Sequence record: OL615011
Direction: 5' to 3' (one strand)
Source of the DNA: Shigella phage vB_SboS_Gloob
Length of the DNA stretch: 64,000 bases
Below, one piece after another: positions 9,218 through 19,244 of this stretch. The position numbers and the translations under genes are program-made. The notes beneath the pieces are model-generated. The model worked only from the letters and a program-made list of their open reading frames with translations. It ran no database searches and was not told the DNA's origin. How positions within the stretch are numbered: the stretch's first letter is position 1; each line of letters opens with the position of its first letter.

Positions 9218-10090
9218 TTAGCCGTTGATGCCGAAGCGACGATTATAGTCGGCCAACTGACGCTTGATAGATTCTTTCAGCTCTTTGTCTGTTTCATCTT
9301 CATCGTCTTTGCCATCATCGTCGCCATCATCGCCTTCTTTCTTAGACTTTTTGCCTTCGTCGACTTTGTCTTTGTCGCCTTTGTTGTCGTCGTCACCGTC
9401 TTTGCCGCCGACTTTGTCCTGGAAGTCGTCATCGTCATCGCCTTCTTTCTTAGCAGACTTACCTTCTACCAGGTTGCGGAAGGTGTGTACGCGGGAAGCG
9501 AATTCGCTTTCGGTGGTGAACTGCACCGCTTCCAGCAGATTGACAACCGTTGCTTTCTTGGTGTCGACCATGCCTTCACAGATACGGGCGATCACAGAGT
9601 CGCGCAGAGTCGCATTCGCGGCTTCTTTGATTTGACGGTTTTCGCTTTCAGCAGCCGCAGCGCGTTGTTCTGCTTCGGTCAGGCGGGCAGTCAGCGCAGC
9701 GATCTGGCCGTTTTCGTCAGTCGCAAAGTTGATACCAGCTTCTTTCAGAACGCCAGTCAGGCCAGTCAGCAGGTTTTCAGCTGCTTCACGCTTGATCTGA
9801 GCATCGATTGCAGGAGCGTTGGTGTTAGCCCACTCTTCTACAACAGCGTTCAGGAAGCTGTCAACTTTGGTTGCGATCTCCATCAAGTGAGACTCTTTCA
9901 GCTGAGCAATCTCAGACTGATGAGCTTCAACCAGACGCAGGCGCTCGACGTTGGCAGCGTTTTCGGTTTCTTGAATAGCGGTCAGGCGAGCGGCTTCTAC
10001 TTTAGATTCCAGCAGGCCAGACACTTTATCCAGGAAGTCGGGGCTGAGGCCGTTAACGCCCTCAAACAGTTTTTGCAATTCAGGTTTCAT
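9218..10090 (-). CDS. prohead scaffolding protein, gp22-like (290 aa)
   Basis: Coiled-coil plus poly-acidic D/E/K low-complexity tail; located between protease and capsid genes as in T4. Confidence 0.65.
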   Translation of the reverse strand: MKPELQKLFEGVNGLSPDFLDKVSGLLESKVEAARLTAIQETENAANVERLRLVEAHQSEIAQLKESHLMEIATKVDSFLNAVVEEWANTNAPAIDAQIKREAAENLLTGLTGVLKEAGINFATDENGQIAALTARLTEAEQRAAAAESENRQIKEAANATLRDSVIARICEGMVDTKKATVVNLLEAVQFTTESEFASRVHTFRNLVEGKSAKKEGDDDDDFQDKVGGKDGDDDNKGDKDKVDEGKKSKKEGDDGDDDGKDDEDETDKELKESIKRQLADYNRRFGING

Positions 10091-10114
10091 GATTGTTTCC
10101 TTCTGAACGATTTT

Positions 10115-10124
10115 CAGTATTTAG
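10115..10124 (-). promoter_or_regulatory. late promoter motif variant CTAAATACTG
   Basis: About 25 nt upstream of scaffold ATG 10090. Confidence 0.45.
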
Positions 10125-10135
10125 TGAGGCTGAAT

Positions 10136-10804
10136 TCAGCCCAGATGTCTCAATGCGATATCGAGGCGGCGCAGGAAGTCGTCTTCGAACTGAATATTGG
10201 TTTTCACCAATGAATCGACCACTTGCCCTTTGATGTCTTTAGGAACCCAAATCCCCGAAGATTCATCAAGCTGCCATTCAACAGATTCGCTCACAGCCTT
10301 TACATAACAAACTTGTCCAGAAGGACGGTCGACTGCATCAACAGCAGTGAGCATAAAGCCAGGTTGAACGTCGTCATAACCGTTCACCGACTTGGTCTCA
10401 CCAAGGCCACGTGTAGACACGGCCAAGTTGAAGTCTGCTTCAGCCAGAGCACGAATGATCTGGCCTTTTGGTGTATTTAGCACACGCGCTCGACCGATTG
10501 CGTTTGTACCCTCCCAACGGAGGCTCTCGGTCTTCAGCGCAGCTTCAGCAATATCTGGGAAAGGGTAGTCGGGATGTTTGAGTTCACCGATTGCGCGACG
10601 ATCCTGAACATACTCTTTGTCATATGCTTCGACAGCTGGTATGCCCACTTTCTGGAGATCGTAGTTGCGTCCATTACGGTTCACCTGATTACACATCACG
10701 AATGGACCTTCGATGAACATAGCCTTACCCCCGGTGGAGGTCGTGCTTTCACCAATTTGGAGGTCTTTCCCTATCGCCGTGATCTCACGCAACAGTTTCA
10801 TCAT
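10136..10804 (-). CDS. prohead core protease, gp21-like (222 aa)
   Basis: GELKHP, GRARV, STRGLG, AVDAV parallel remembered T4 gp21 motifs; conserved position. Confidence 0.8.
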   Translation of the reverse strand: MMKLLREITAIGKDLQIGESTTSTGGKAMFIEGPFVMCNQVNRNGRNYDLQKVGIPAVEAYDKEYVQDRRAIGELKHPDYPFPDIAEAALKTESLRWEGTNAIGRARVLNTPKGQIIRALAEADFNLAVSTRGLGETKSVNGYDDVQPGFMLTAVDAVDRPSGQVCYVKAVSESVEWQLDESSGIWVPKDIKGQVVDSLVKTNIQFEDDFLRRLDIALRHLG

Positions 10805-10811
10805 TCGCTCC

Positions 10812-11117
10812 TTAACTCAGTCCCATCATTTTGCGGAACTTCATCGCTTTCTTCTTACGACGCTCAATCTTGCGACTGTAGCCCATACCCATGCGTTTCT
10901 TGGCTCGGATTGCCTTGCGGTTGCCCAGCTTGCGGGTACGGCGCTCACTGGCGACCATAACCTCACAACGAGAACCATCCGCAGACAGTTTGAAACCAGG
11001 AGCGCACTGCAGGCGACGGCGGCGTTTACCTTTTGCATTCACCTTGTCAATGACTTTCTGCTCGTCCATGCGGGAAGCCAGGAAATCAGCGAATGTTGCA
11101 ACTTCTTCGATTTCCAT
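10812..11117 (-). CDS. basic prohead core/internal protein candidate (gp68 position, 101 aa)
   Basis: Highly basic K/R-rich ORF between portal and protease. Confidence 0.4.
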   Translation of the reverse strand: MEIEEVATFADFLASRMDEQKVIDKVNAKGKRRRRLQCAPGFKLSADGSRCEVMVASERRTRKLGNRKAIRAKKRMGMGYSRKIERRKKKAMKFRKMMGLS

Positions 11118-11127
11118 GATGCTCTCC

Positions 11128-11301
11128 TTATTCGTCTTGCGCAGGAGACATGTCTTGACTCAGAGAGTTCATGACATATGCGGTGCCCTGTTGAACGAGT
11201 TCCTGGGCGCGAGCGGACAGTTCAGTTTGACATTCAGCAACAGCAGCATCGGTGTCACCAGCGATGATTGCTTTTACCAGATCGATAGCGGCCATGTTCA
11301 T
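11128..11301 (-). CDS. small prohead core protein candidate (gp67 position, about 58 aa)
   Basis: ATG at 11301 (MNMAAIDLVKAIIAG); position matches T4 gp67. Confidence 0.35.
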   Translation of the reverse strand: MNMAAIDLVKAIIAGDTDAAVAECQTELSARAQELVQQGTAYVMNSLSQDMSPAQDE

Positions 11302-11332
11302 ATCCTCTAAATGTTTTCTATACTTAGTCGAA

Positions 11333-13024
11333 TTATTCTTCACCACCAGGAGGGTTAGTCGCTGGGATGACGTTAGGTCTGAATTTCAGTGGGCTGACTT
11401 CACCGCCGCCGAAGCCGCCTGATTCATCTGCCTGCACTTCAGGATATTTGCCTTCTTTCTTCTCTTGCGCGATCTTCTCTTGCTGATCTTTGATGTCTTC
11501 GTCAGACATACGCAGCAGATTGCGCTGAGCAAAATCGATAGAGAACAGGGTGCCAATGTACGGTTCGATCTGACCAAGAGCAGACATGCGTTGTGCCAGG
11601 ATTTCGTTTTCCTGCTGCTCACGAATGAAGCTGTCAGATGTAAATTCGAACTTGACAAACGGCTTGATCTTTTCGTTCCAATCAGTCTGGTCAGTGATGT
11701 TCTTCAGGATCAGCTGGCGACGAAGAAGTTCAAGGAAGAATCCTGAATAACGACGGCGCAGGCCTGCGCAGAATTTGTTGAAGCGCAGTTCTTCCTGGGT
11801 GATTTCGGCAAGATTGGAACCACCGATGTTGATGGAACCTTCCTCTTGGAGGCGGCTCTTAGGGATCATCAGAGCCTCGTAGAGCTTCTCGCGGAAGTAT
11901 ACCACATGATCCATTTGACCCAGTTGATCGCCGCCACCTACGTTGGATATCTCCGTTGCGTTCTGCCCTTCGCGGCGCGGCAACCAGTAGTCTTCAGCGA
12001 TACCCATCAGATGGGTGTTGCCTGCTACTTTACCAGTGGTGCGATCATACGCCAGACGGTTCTTGAATTTACCCATCATCGCCTGCATATACTCTTCCGC
12101 AGACTTCTTACCCAGAGTACCCACGTCGAGATAGAACGCTCGCTTCTCTGGGGCACGCGTGATGGCGTAGATGACCGTCGCATCCTCAGTTGTAACGAGG
12201 TTGTTCAGGGGACGGATAGCAGGGTTCAACAAGCCTGGGATAACCCCATTGGCCAACGGATCTTCACCACTGTCGATGTAGACAACGCTTTCTTCATCAA
12301 ACACCAGTTCCTGCTGTGACGGCTGGAAGTTCTGAGACGTGCCCGATTGCCCAGTAAACTGATTGCGGTTGTAGTTCGGGTTGTAGTAGTATTGAAGTTT
12401 GACTTCTCCAATTACCTCGATACCGTCGCGAACTTCTTTCTTCACGATGTATACAGGGCGGATGCAGCGCGAATCCAGCATCACCAGTTTGGCAATACCA
12501 CCTTTCTTGTTCTTTGGATCTACGACAACATGGTATGCTTGACGACCTTCTACATACCAACGACGGATCTTTTGATATGCGGTGTTATTGAAGTCCATGA
12601 GTTCAAGAACTTCCTTGAAGGCATCATTGATCTTTTCTTTGATGGAGTCGTCGATGCCTTCAACCTTTTCCAGATTGATTGTGACAGGAGTCTCATCCTC
12701 TTCACAGGTGACGACGTCGTTCACGATAATATCGACAGCCTTACGGATCTCAGGTTGCTGAGCCATAGACTGATATTCTTCGACGACTTGTTTGACGCTG
12801 AGTAGTTCACTCTCAACGCCTACGAAATTGAATGTGTTGGCACCGCCCTGCAAGATGATAGAACCATCCTGAGCATCGTCCAGCGCAACAACAGCCGCTT
12901 TTGAAAGCAACTTCTCTTCTTGGTTCGTTACCAGTTTGTCGGTGTCTACCGGGGCTTCAATCTTCCCGCCAGTACCGAACAGACCGAAGAACCCGTTACC
13001 GAATGCACCATTACCGAATGCCAT
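11333..13024 (-). CDS. portal protein, gp20-like (563 aa)
   Basis: RRWYVEGR, VIYAITRAPEKRAFYLD, EDYWLPRREGQ parallel remembered T4 gp20 (RRWYVDSR, VIYRITRAPDRRVWYVD, EDYWLQRRDGK). Confidence 0.9.
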   Translation of the reverse strand: MAFGNGAFGNGFFGLFGTGGKIEAPVDTDKLVTNQEEKLLSKAAVVALDDAQDGSIILQGGANTFNFVGVESELLSVKQVVEEYQSMAQQPEIRKAVDIIVNDVVTCEEDETPVTINLEKVEGIDDSIKEKINDAFKEVLELMDFNNTAYQKIRRWYVEGRQAYHVVVDPKNKKGGIAKLVMLDSRCIRPVYIVKKEVRDGIEVIGEVKLQYYYNPNYNRNQFTGQSGTSQNFQPSQQELVFDEESVVYIDSGEDPLANGVIPGLLNPAIRPLNNLVTTEDATVIYAITRAPEKRAFYLDVGTLGKKSAEEYMQAMMGKFKNRLAYDRTTGKVAGNTHLMGIAEDYWLPRREGQNATEISNVGGGDQLGQMDHVVYFREKLYEALMIPKSRLQEEGSINIGGSNLAEITQEELRFNKFCAGLRRRYSGFFLELLRRQLILKNITDQTDWNEKIKPFVKFEFTSDSFIREQQENEILAQRMSALGQIEPYIGTLFSIDFAQRNLLRMSDEDIKDQQEKIAQEKKEGKYPEVQADESGGFGGGEVSPLKFRPNVIPATNPPGGEE

Positions 13025-13054
13025 GATTAAGTCCTCAACATTTTCTTGTAATTA

Positions 13055-13083
13055 GTGCTGGGGGAATAAGATTCCCCCAGCAC
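13055..13083 (-). terminator. 13-bp-stem hairpin between tail tube and portal genes
   Basis: GTGCTGGGGGAAT-AAG-ATTCCCCCAGCAC; likely partial terminator after tube gene. Confidence 0.5.
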
Positions 13084-13091
13084 TGAGGACA

Positions 13092-13625
13092 TTACAGAGA
13101 CTTATCAGAAATGGCCTGGAAGTAACGCAGATCGACAGTGAACTGAGTATATGAGTCCATTGCAGACATATCCAGTTCCAGCTGGCCGAGGTTCTGAGGC
13201 CAACCCCCCTGCAGAGTCCAGGTCTTAGTGACGTTGTCGTTCGCATCCAGTAACTCCATGATCACGTCACGGAAATAATCATCTGGATTCGCCGCCGCAC
13301 GGTTGCTGTTGCTTCCGTTAATGTACTGCTGCCAAACTTCAAAGGCGTTGTAAGCAGAGTTGTTCACGACGTTGATGAACGTAATAGGAAGCGCTTCGAA
13401 GCGACGATCACCAGGGAATGGAAGTTCACGACCACCCCAAGGCACAAGGATCTCACCCAGCTGGCCAGTAGGAGTGTTGGTTGTTACTGCCAACAGAGAC
13501 ACGTCGCGAATGGTATCCGCGCCAGCTACGAATGCTGGGAAGTTGACGGTCACACGCCAGCGGTGCTGACGTTGTACGCCGCCCCCACGTGACATGGCCG
13601 CGCGAAATTCATTAACTGTAGCCAT
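13092..13625 (-). CDS. tail tube protein, gp19-like (177 aa)
   Basis: Size and position immediately downstream of sheath gene. Confidence 0.75.
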   Translation of the reverse strand: MATVNEFRAAMSRGGGVQRQHRWRVTVNFPAFVAGADTIRDVSLLAVTTNTPTGQLGEILVPWGGRELPFPGDRRFEALPITFINVVNNSAYNAFEVWQQYINGSNSNRAAANPDDYFRDVIMELLDANDNVTKTWTLQGGWPQNLGQLELDMSAMDSYTQFTVDLRYFQAISDKSL

Positions 13626-13678
13626 TATAGATTCTCCAAAAAGAGTTACACAATTCTAATTAGTGCCTTCAATGAAAT

Positions 13679-13696
13679 TGCCCTCCGAAGAGGGCA
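13679..13696 (-). terminator. hairpin with CUUCGG loop (GCCCTCTTCGGAGGGC) between sheath and tube genes
   Basis: Perfect stem with tetraloop; same 16-mer recurs at 26471. Confidence 0.5.
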
Positions 13697-13703
13697 TGTT
13701 CCA

Positions 13704-15599
13704 TCAGGAAGCGGCTACGATGCCACCGCCAGTTTCGATCTCGCTGAACTCCATGTCCGGACGTACTGCAGCAAAGTCCAGATACACCCAGTTGATGGAG
13801 TATTCTGGTTTCAGCCAGATACCCGCAACCATCTGGTTCGCAGCGATGATGTCGGCGGTGTTGTTGTCGGCGTCGCACTTCACCTGACCATCGTAGATCG
13901 CACCCATGTTGGCCAGCTGGCGGATATACGGGCGTACAGCGTTGCTGAACAGGCTACGAGTGAATTCATCGTTGTTCTCACCAAGGTAGTATTTGGCGAT
14001 TGCAGCGATGTTCTGCTCGGCCATGATGAACAGGCCGCGAACGTTGATGCGGTCAAACGCAGACGGGCGAGTCAGACCAGTCTTGTCGCCGTACAACACG
14101 ATGCCTTCGTTGGAGAAGGTGACGATGCTGTTGATCTGGTTGCGATACAGCACAGCACGCTCATCAGAAGACGCAGACCACGCCATGCGGTTATAGTTGT
14201 TGTATTTGCCACGGTTGTGGAACGCAGGGGATTTGTAGATGCCCGCGATCTCAATGCTGCGTGCCCAAACACCCGCCGTACCACCACAAGCAGGGATCCA
14301 GCGCATCTTGTCGTTGTACTTGTCGTACACATACGCCCAGTTGTCGTCCATGAAGAAGTAGGAAGAGTCACGTACCAGGCTTTCACGCCAGGCCACAACA
14401 TCTTCCATCTCACGACCACGGTTGCCGACCACAACGTCACGCAGAGGAGACACGAAGGACACAGTGTCTTTGCGCTCGGTGGAGAGATCAATCAGCGTCT
14501 GTTGCTCAATGAGTTCTTCGCAGAATGCAAACACAGGCTTGGCGTCATACGCTTCGGCATTGTTCAGGGCTTCAATGGCCGCCACACGGTTGCCAGTGTA
14601 ATCGTCTACACCACCTTCGAGTTCAGTGACGCCAGCAGCCAGGGTAGTGGCGAAGGTGTACACCCAATTTGAGGTGTCGTTGATCACGTCTTTGAAGTAC
14701 GCATTGGAGCCATCGGATTTCTTAGAACCCTGAGTGGCCTGCATCAGTTCATATTTTTCGATAATAGAACCGGAAGCACCAACAGTGGTGGTCACTGCAG
14801 TCGCAGTCAGACCGTTCGCATCAGGAACGATAGCAGTCACAGCCTGAGGACCGATTGCTTTGTGAGTGACGGTGACGGTGTTGGACTTCACGACAACAGA
14901 AGAATACACGTCAGTCAGAGCCGTCAACGCAGTGCCGATTTTGGTCGCCAGGGTGGCCGGGGTGTCAGTATCAGTGTACGCCACGTCTTCGCCAGCAACA
15001 GAGATTGAGCCTGCACCAGTAGCCGTACCGGATACAGAGATACGATCAACCTGACCAACAGCGCCAGAAGAATCTGTGATGCGACCGACTTTGTCAACGA
15101 TGACGATGTGGTATTCGCCAGCCTGTGGAGCATAGGCGAAGTTGTTACGGAATTCCCAAGTCGGGAATCCAGCAGCATCACACACGTTGATCGCAACGTC
15201 GTTACCCAGGGAGCCAGCATAGCGGCCTGTCCAGGTAATAGACGCAGATGGGGACGCGGTTTCGAAGTCCAGTTTGTTACGGATAAGGATTGCAGTCTGA
15301 CCTTTGGTTACAGCGTTACGTGCCGCCGGACCGACCACACGGGTCACCCATGCAACAGAGCTGTAAGACAGGAAGTCAGCAATCACCAGGAAGTCGGTGG
15401 CAGTTGCATCGTTTGGCTTGAAGAATTTCTTCACCAGACCAGTTTCACCACCAGTGACCAACACAGGGAGTTCTGCTTCACCCCATTGGAATTTACCGAC
15501 GGTCGCACCCTGAACAACAACGGATGGAGACGTCTGAAGCGTGGCATCACGCTCAGTCCACTGTACGGACGGCGCAACGCTGAAGCTTTGAGTTGCCAT
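13704..15599 (-). CDS. tail sheath protein, gp18-like (631 aa from MATQSFSV)
   Basis: C-terminal FDRINVRGLF and EYSINWVYLDF parallel remembered T4 gp18; AAGGA SD before ATG 15599. Confidence 0.9.
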   Translation of the reverse strand: MATQSFSVAPSVQWTERDATLQTSPSVVVQGATVGKFQWGEAELPVLVTGGETGLVKKFFKPNDATATDFLVIADFLSYSSVAWVTRVVGPAARNAVTKGQTAILIRNKLDFETASPSASITWTGRYAGSLGNDVAINVCDAAGFPTWEFRNNFAYAPQAGEYHIVIVDKVGRITDSSGAVGQVDRISVSGTATGAGSISVAGEDVAYTDTDTPATLATKIGTALTALTDVYSSVVVKSNTVTVTHKAIGPQAVTAIVPDANGLTATAVTTTVGASGSIIEKYELMQATQGSKKSDGSNAYFKDVINDTSNWVYTFATTLAAGVTELEGGVDDYTGNRVAAIEALNNAEAYDAKPVFAFCEELIEQQTLIDLSTERKDTVSFVSPLRDVVVGNRGREMEDVVAWRESLVRDSSYFFMDDNWAYVYDKYNDKMRWIPACGGTAGVWARSIEIAGIYKSPAFHNRGKYNNYNRMAWSASSDERAVLYRNQINSIVTFSNEGIVLYGDKTGLTRPSAFDRINVRGLFIMAEQNIAAIAKYYLGENNDEFTRSLFSNAVRPYIRQLANMGAIYDGQVKCDADNNTADIIAANQMVAGIWLKPEYSINWVYLDFAAVRPDMEFSEIETGGGIVAAS

Positions 15600-15639
15600 A
15601 ATCTTATTCCTTCTCGGTAGAGTTTCGCTCAATTTGAAA

Positions 15640-15648
15640 GTTATTTAG
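15640..15648 (-). promoter_or_regulatory. late promoter motif variant CTAAATAAC
   Basis: About 40 nt upstream of sheath ATG. Confidence 0.4.
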
Positions 15649-15651
15649 TGA

Positions 15652-17862
15652 TCACCGTCTCAGCCATTCTTCCATGGACATGCCAGAGCGTTCGTCATAC
15701 ACCTGAACTCCACCAAACCCTGGGATACTCTCTATAGAGTGAGGATCTGGTGTTGAAAGCACACCCCCGAAAGGTAACATCTGAGATTCTTCCATCGCAG
15801 ATAATCTTCCTCTCATGTCCACAGAGATACTTGAGTTTGTGAGATCACTAAACCATTCTTGTTTCACCGCCCATGCATAGAGCACGAGAGGCATCACACA
15901 GTCATCATGACAACCATCATCGGCTTCATACCTTGTCCCAGTCCATACGAATGTACTGAGTTCATCTATCGTGTCCTGGTCATCAACCACCAGCATCTCA
16001 CGTTCGATAAGCGCCTTGAGGTTAGCACAACCATTCGAACGCACTTTCTTGTTCGTGTTGATGCCAGGCTCAGGGCGGCGACCACCAATTCGTTTGCCAG
16101 TACCCTTCGCATCTGTGGTAGTGAAGATGATCTCTGGGTATTCAATTTCCTGGTATAGAATTGTGATTACCTGGCCGCCCACGTCGTTGTTGGTTTCAAC
16201 CAGCATCGGACACGTGCCATATTTCTCGCCCATGTCGGCGATAGTGTATGCATACATCATTGGAGGTATCGTGTTGTTCCGATACTTGGCCGCAATCTTG
16301 TGAGGATAGTCTGTGATGTCCAAGATGGTAAGGACAGAGTAATCCCCCTCCACGCCTTTGCCTGTATCGGCGATACCCATGTAGATGCGCTTCGGATCGT
16401 AATCGTGATAGATCTTGGTGAACTCGTTCGGCTCCTGATAGAGTTTCGAGGTCATCTTGTCTAAGCACTTGGCCGGAATCAATGAACCGACGGAACCACG
16501 GAACTTGATACCGAATTCCTGATCGAAACGTGCATCGCCCAGCTTCGCCCTCTGTTTGGATTCCCAGTTCGGATCCTTGGTGTATGTTGGAACACGATAC
16601 CAAGGCACCTCTGTGAGTTTGAAGTCGTTGTACTGAGGGTGTTCTGGGTTCGCCTTGGTGACGATGTCGTAGAACAACCCGCGCTGGCCTTTCGGCGTAC
16701 TGGTCAAGATACAACGTGAAGTCTCTGCAGATGCAATCGCAGGGAATGTTGACTCCCAGAATTCAAAGTCATTTTCGATGAACGCCACTTCGTCCACATA
16801 CAGGAGCGATACAGATCGACCACGGATAGAGTCAGAAGATGTCGCATAAGCATAGATCTTCGATCCGTTTTCGAACTCGATGAGCGTGGAGCCGAACTTC
16901 TCACAACCCTGCTGGAGGAAGAATGGCAAATCCTGGTATGCCTTGCGGATACGGTCTAGGATTTCAATCGCCTGCTTCTCTTTGTTCGCCAGTACCGCGA
17001 TCTCTTTGTCAGAGTGGAACATCGCATACCAGAGCAGGAACGCTGCTACGACTGTCGTGTTGTGGCTGAGGAAGCCGTTGGTGTAGTAGCGCTGATCACT
17101 AGATTTCACCTGTAGGTCATACATGTGATGCATCTCACCAGTCTGCCATACCTCAACGACTTCTTCTAGACCTTCTTCGGTCATCAGCCGTGAACCAGCA
17201 ACCAGATCTTTAGCAAACACTTCCTTCATGTTCTGATTGAAGAACATGTGATCATCGGCCACGTTGATACGACGACCACTGGAAGTGATGACAACGTACT
17301 CTTGGTACAGCTTGGTCTTGTGCGCGGCGATGACAGGCACCCAGCCTTTGTCACAGCGAACAAAATAACGCTTGCCGAAGCGGCTGTCTACGAACTTATC
17401 GTGTTTGCCAAAGGCATTCAGTGGCTCGGCGTGATTTGGTCCCTCGAAGCGGCTGTGAAGCTCCTCGATGGTGACTTTAAACTCTTCTTGGCTGAACGTA
17501 TCGTAAACCTCGACGATGCTGTCACCCTTCACACACTTGCCAGACTGACGCGCCTGGACTACGGCGTTGAAGCGGTGATCCTGGAAGTCATGGAACAGCT
17601 GCTTCTGATAATCATGCATATCGAAGAGGATGAAGCCCTTATCGATGGTCGTGATCTTGTAGTAGTTGGCGGCGAAGTAATGAGCGTCCATCGCGCACTC
17701 AACGAACTCCGATTCTTGATCGTCGGTCAACATCAACTCTACACGAGGAGCACGCACAGACGGCTTGCGCATGAACGTCTGGTCCATACGCAATCTGACA
17801 TCATCAATCTTGAATCCCGTCTTTATCGGGGCATATTCAATATCACGCTTCTGATACGCCAT
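15652..17862 (-). CDS. terminase large subunit, gp17-like, interrupted by a mini-intein
   Basis: Walker A QARQSGK|C...HN|TTVVAAF; ATG at 17862 (track start 17871 is GTG). Confidence 0.9.
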   Translation of the reverse strand: MAYQKRDIEYAPIKTGFKIDDVRLRMDQTFMRKPSVRAPRVELMLTDDQESEFVECAMDAHYFAANYYKITTIDKGFILFDMHDYQKQLFHDFQDHRFNAVVQARQSGKCVKGDSIVEVYDTFSQEEFKVTIEELHSRFEGPNHAEPLNAFGKHDKFVDSRFGKRYFVRCDKGWVPVIAAHKTKLYQEYVVITSSGRRINVADDHMFFNQNMKEVFAKDLVAGSRLMTEEGLEEVVEVWQTGEMHHMYDLQVKSSDQRYYTNGFLSHNTTVVAAFLLWYAMFHSDKEIAVLANKEKQAIEILDRIRKAYQDLPFFLQQGCEKFGSTLIEFENGSKIYAYATSSDSIRGRSVSLLYVDEVAFIENDFEFWESTFPAIASAETSRCILTSTPKGQRGLFYDIVTKANPEHPQYNDFKLTEVPWYRVPTYTKDPNWESKQRAKLGDARFDQEFGIKFRGSVGSLIPAKCLDKMTSKLYQEPNEFTKIYHDYDPKRIYMGIADTGKGVEGDYSVLTILDITDYPHKIAAKYRNNTIPPMMYAYTIADMGEKYGTCPMLVETNNDVGGQVITILYQEIEYPEIIFTTTDAKGTGKRIGGRRPEPGINTNKKVRSNGCANLKALIEREMLVVDDQDTIDELSTFVWTGTRYEADDGCHDDCVMPLVLYAWAVKQEWFSDLTNSSISVDMRGRLSAMEESQMLPFGGVLSTPDPHSIESIPGFGGVQVYDERSGMSMEEWLRR
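17059..17535 (-). mobile_element. mini-intein (159 aa, Hint domain only) inside terminase P-loop
   Basis: Begins CVKGDSIVEV, block B TSSGRRINVADDHMFF, ends MYDLQV...GFLSHN followed by T; excision restores QARQSGKTT. Confidence 0.8.
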
Positions 17863-18544
17863 CGTCTTCACCTTCTTCCTTCGGCTCTGCCTGAACTTCG
17901 ATTACATCTTCTTCGGGATCAGGTCCTTTGGACGCAGCTTTCGCTGCAGTACGTTCTTCAGCACGTTTACGGGCGTCTTCGATGGTCTTCAGTAGATCAC
18001 GGGAAGACCTGGCCTGTTTGCCGACGTTGACCGTGGTTGTACCATCAGGGGACGTGGTGACCTCGACAGTTGTTTCGTCCCCAGGAGGTGGCTCTTTGTC
18101 GCCTGTAACGGCCTTGATGGTCTTCTGGTTCTCCATCAGGTCTTTGTTCAGACCGCGCATGAGTTCGCCCAACTCTTTGAAGACTGTGAACGCGCGGGGT
18201 GCTTCAGTCGTCGTCGCGAGTTTGGCCGCCTGTCCCATCATGAACATCGTGGCTTCCTGCATGGCATAAGTCGTGTCACGGATGCGTTTGTAGTCGGTGG
18301 TGGCGTCCGTGTCTTCGAAGTCTGGAACCTTAGACTCCTTGGACTTCAGCTCTTCTGGGTCCAGAGAAGGAGGGAACACCACAGGCTCATACCCTGCAGG
18401 CTTTTCACCCAACCATTCGCCTGTATCCGGATCATAATCTTTTCCAGCCACAGGCGAGGTCTTCTCCATGACTTCTTGAGCGACCTCATCCCGCGCTTGG
18501 ATAGCACCGAGGGTGGACAATAGGCGTTCTGACATAGCACTCAT
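17843..18544 (-). CDS. putative terminase small subunit (gp16 position, about 233 aa)
   Basis: Immediately upstream of and overlapping terminase large gene; acidic C-terminus; by position only. Confidence 0.45.
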   Translation of the reverse strand: MSAMSERLLSTLGAIQARDEVAQEVMEKTSPVAGKDYDPDTGEWLGEKPAGYEPVVFPPSLDPEELKSKESKVPDFEDTDATTDYKRIRDTTYAMQEATMFMMGQAAKLATTTEAPRAFTVFKELGELMRGLNKDLMENQKTIKAVTGDKEPPPGDETTVEVTTSPDGTTTVNVGKQARSSRDLLKTIEDARKRAEERTAAKAASKGPDPEEDVIEVQAEPKEEGEDDGVSEA

Positions 18545-18546
18545 AA

Positions 18547-19242
18547 TCAATCTCCAGGATGATGTACACCGTCTTTGTCAACACGGAACCATTCTGGTAG
18601 TTCCGTCCACGGCGTTTTCAAATCATTAGACATTTCGATAATTATCTCTTTGATCCCGTTAGGATCCCCGCCACCACCATTGTCCACCCAATAGTCGTAC
18701 CCATAGATGAAGCCGCTCAGCTGGAACATGAAGGAGCAGTCGACGTGTGGTGAATCAGAAGCATCCCCTTCCCAGTTATCGGACATCTGGTGGTTAATCA
18801 GTTGGATCTTGATCTTCTGGTCTTGCTGTAGTGTATCGTTGTCCTTGATGCCACAGTCTAGAGAGGGGGTGAATACCGAATAAACCTGCTCTAGCACCTG
18901 TAACATCTCAACCAATTTCTTGGTTCGGATATTGTACTCAAAATCGATAATCAGGGGAATTCGCTGCTTCGCCCCGGCTGTTGGCGTCGATTGTCGATTG
19001 TGGTACGTCTTCGTCACCTGTTTGTTGATCTCAAACTGACCAAAAGAGAAGGTCGCAAATGGGAGCATGTTGGATGGCACGTTCCTGTTGAGGTCATTGC
19101 GTCTCCCGATGGCCATGTGTAATGGGACTTCCATAAGGCCACGCTCTGTGTTCACCTTCAGATCAGACATAATGGTGGCAAACAGATTGATGTATTTCAT
19201 CAATGAATCATGGTAGAAGTAATTTTCAAATGGTCTGGCCAT
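18547..19242 (-). CDS. tail completion / sheath stabiliser candidate (gp15 position, 231 aa)
   Basis: Gene order gp13-gp14-gp15-gp16-gp17 as in T4. Confidence 0.45.
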   Translation of the reverse strand: MARPFENYFYHDSLMKYINLFATIMSDLKVNTERGLMEVPLHMAIGRRNDLNRNVPSNMLPFATFSFGQFEINKQVTKTYHNRQSTPTAGAKQRIPLIIDFEYNIRTKKLVEMLQVLEQVYSVFTPSLDCGIKDNDTLQQDQKIKIQLINHQMSDNWEGDASDSPHVDCSFMFQLSGFIYGYDYWVDNGGGGDPNGIKEIIIEMSNDLKTPWTELPEWFRVDKDGVHHPGD

Positions 19243-19244
19243 GA

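Noticed and set aside
9264-10213. Plus-strand ORFs (123 and 242 aa) opposite the scaffold gene
   Set aside because: Antisense to the low-complexity acidic scaffold gene; Ser/Leu repeats are the mirror of its Asp/Glu/Lys codons
17248-18030. 260-aa plus-strand ORF
   Set aside because: Antisense to the terminase large and small subunit genes
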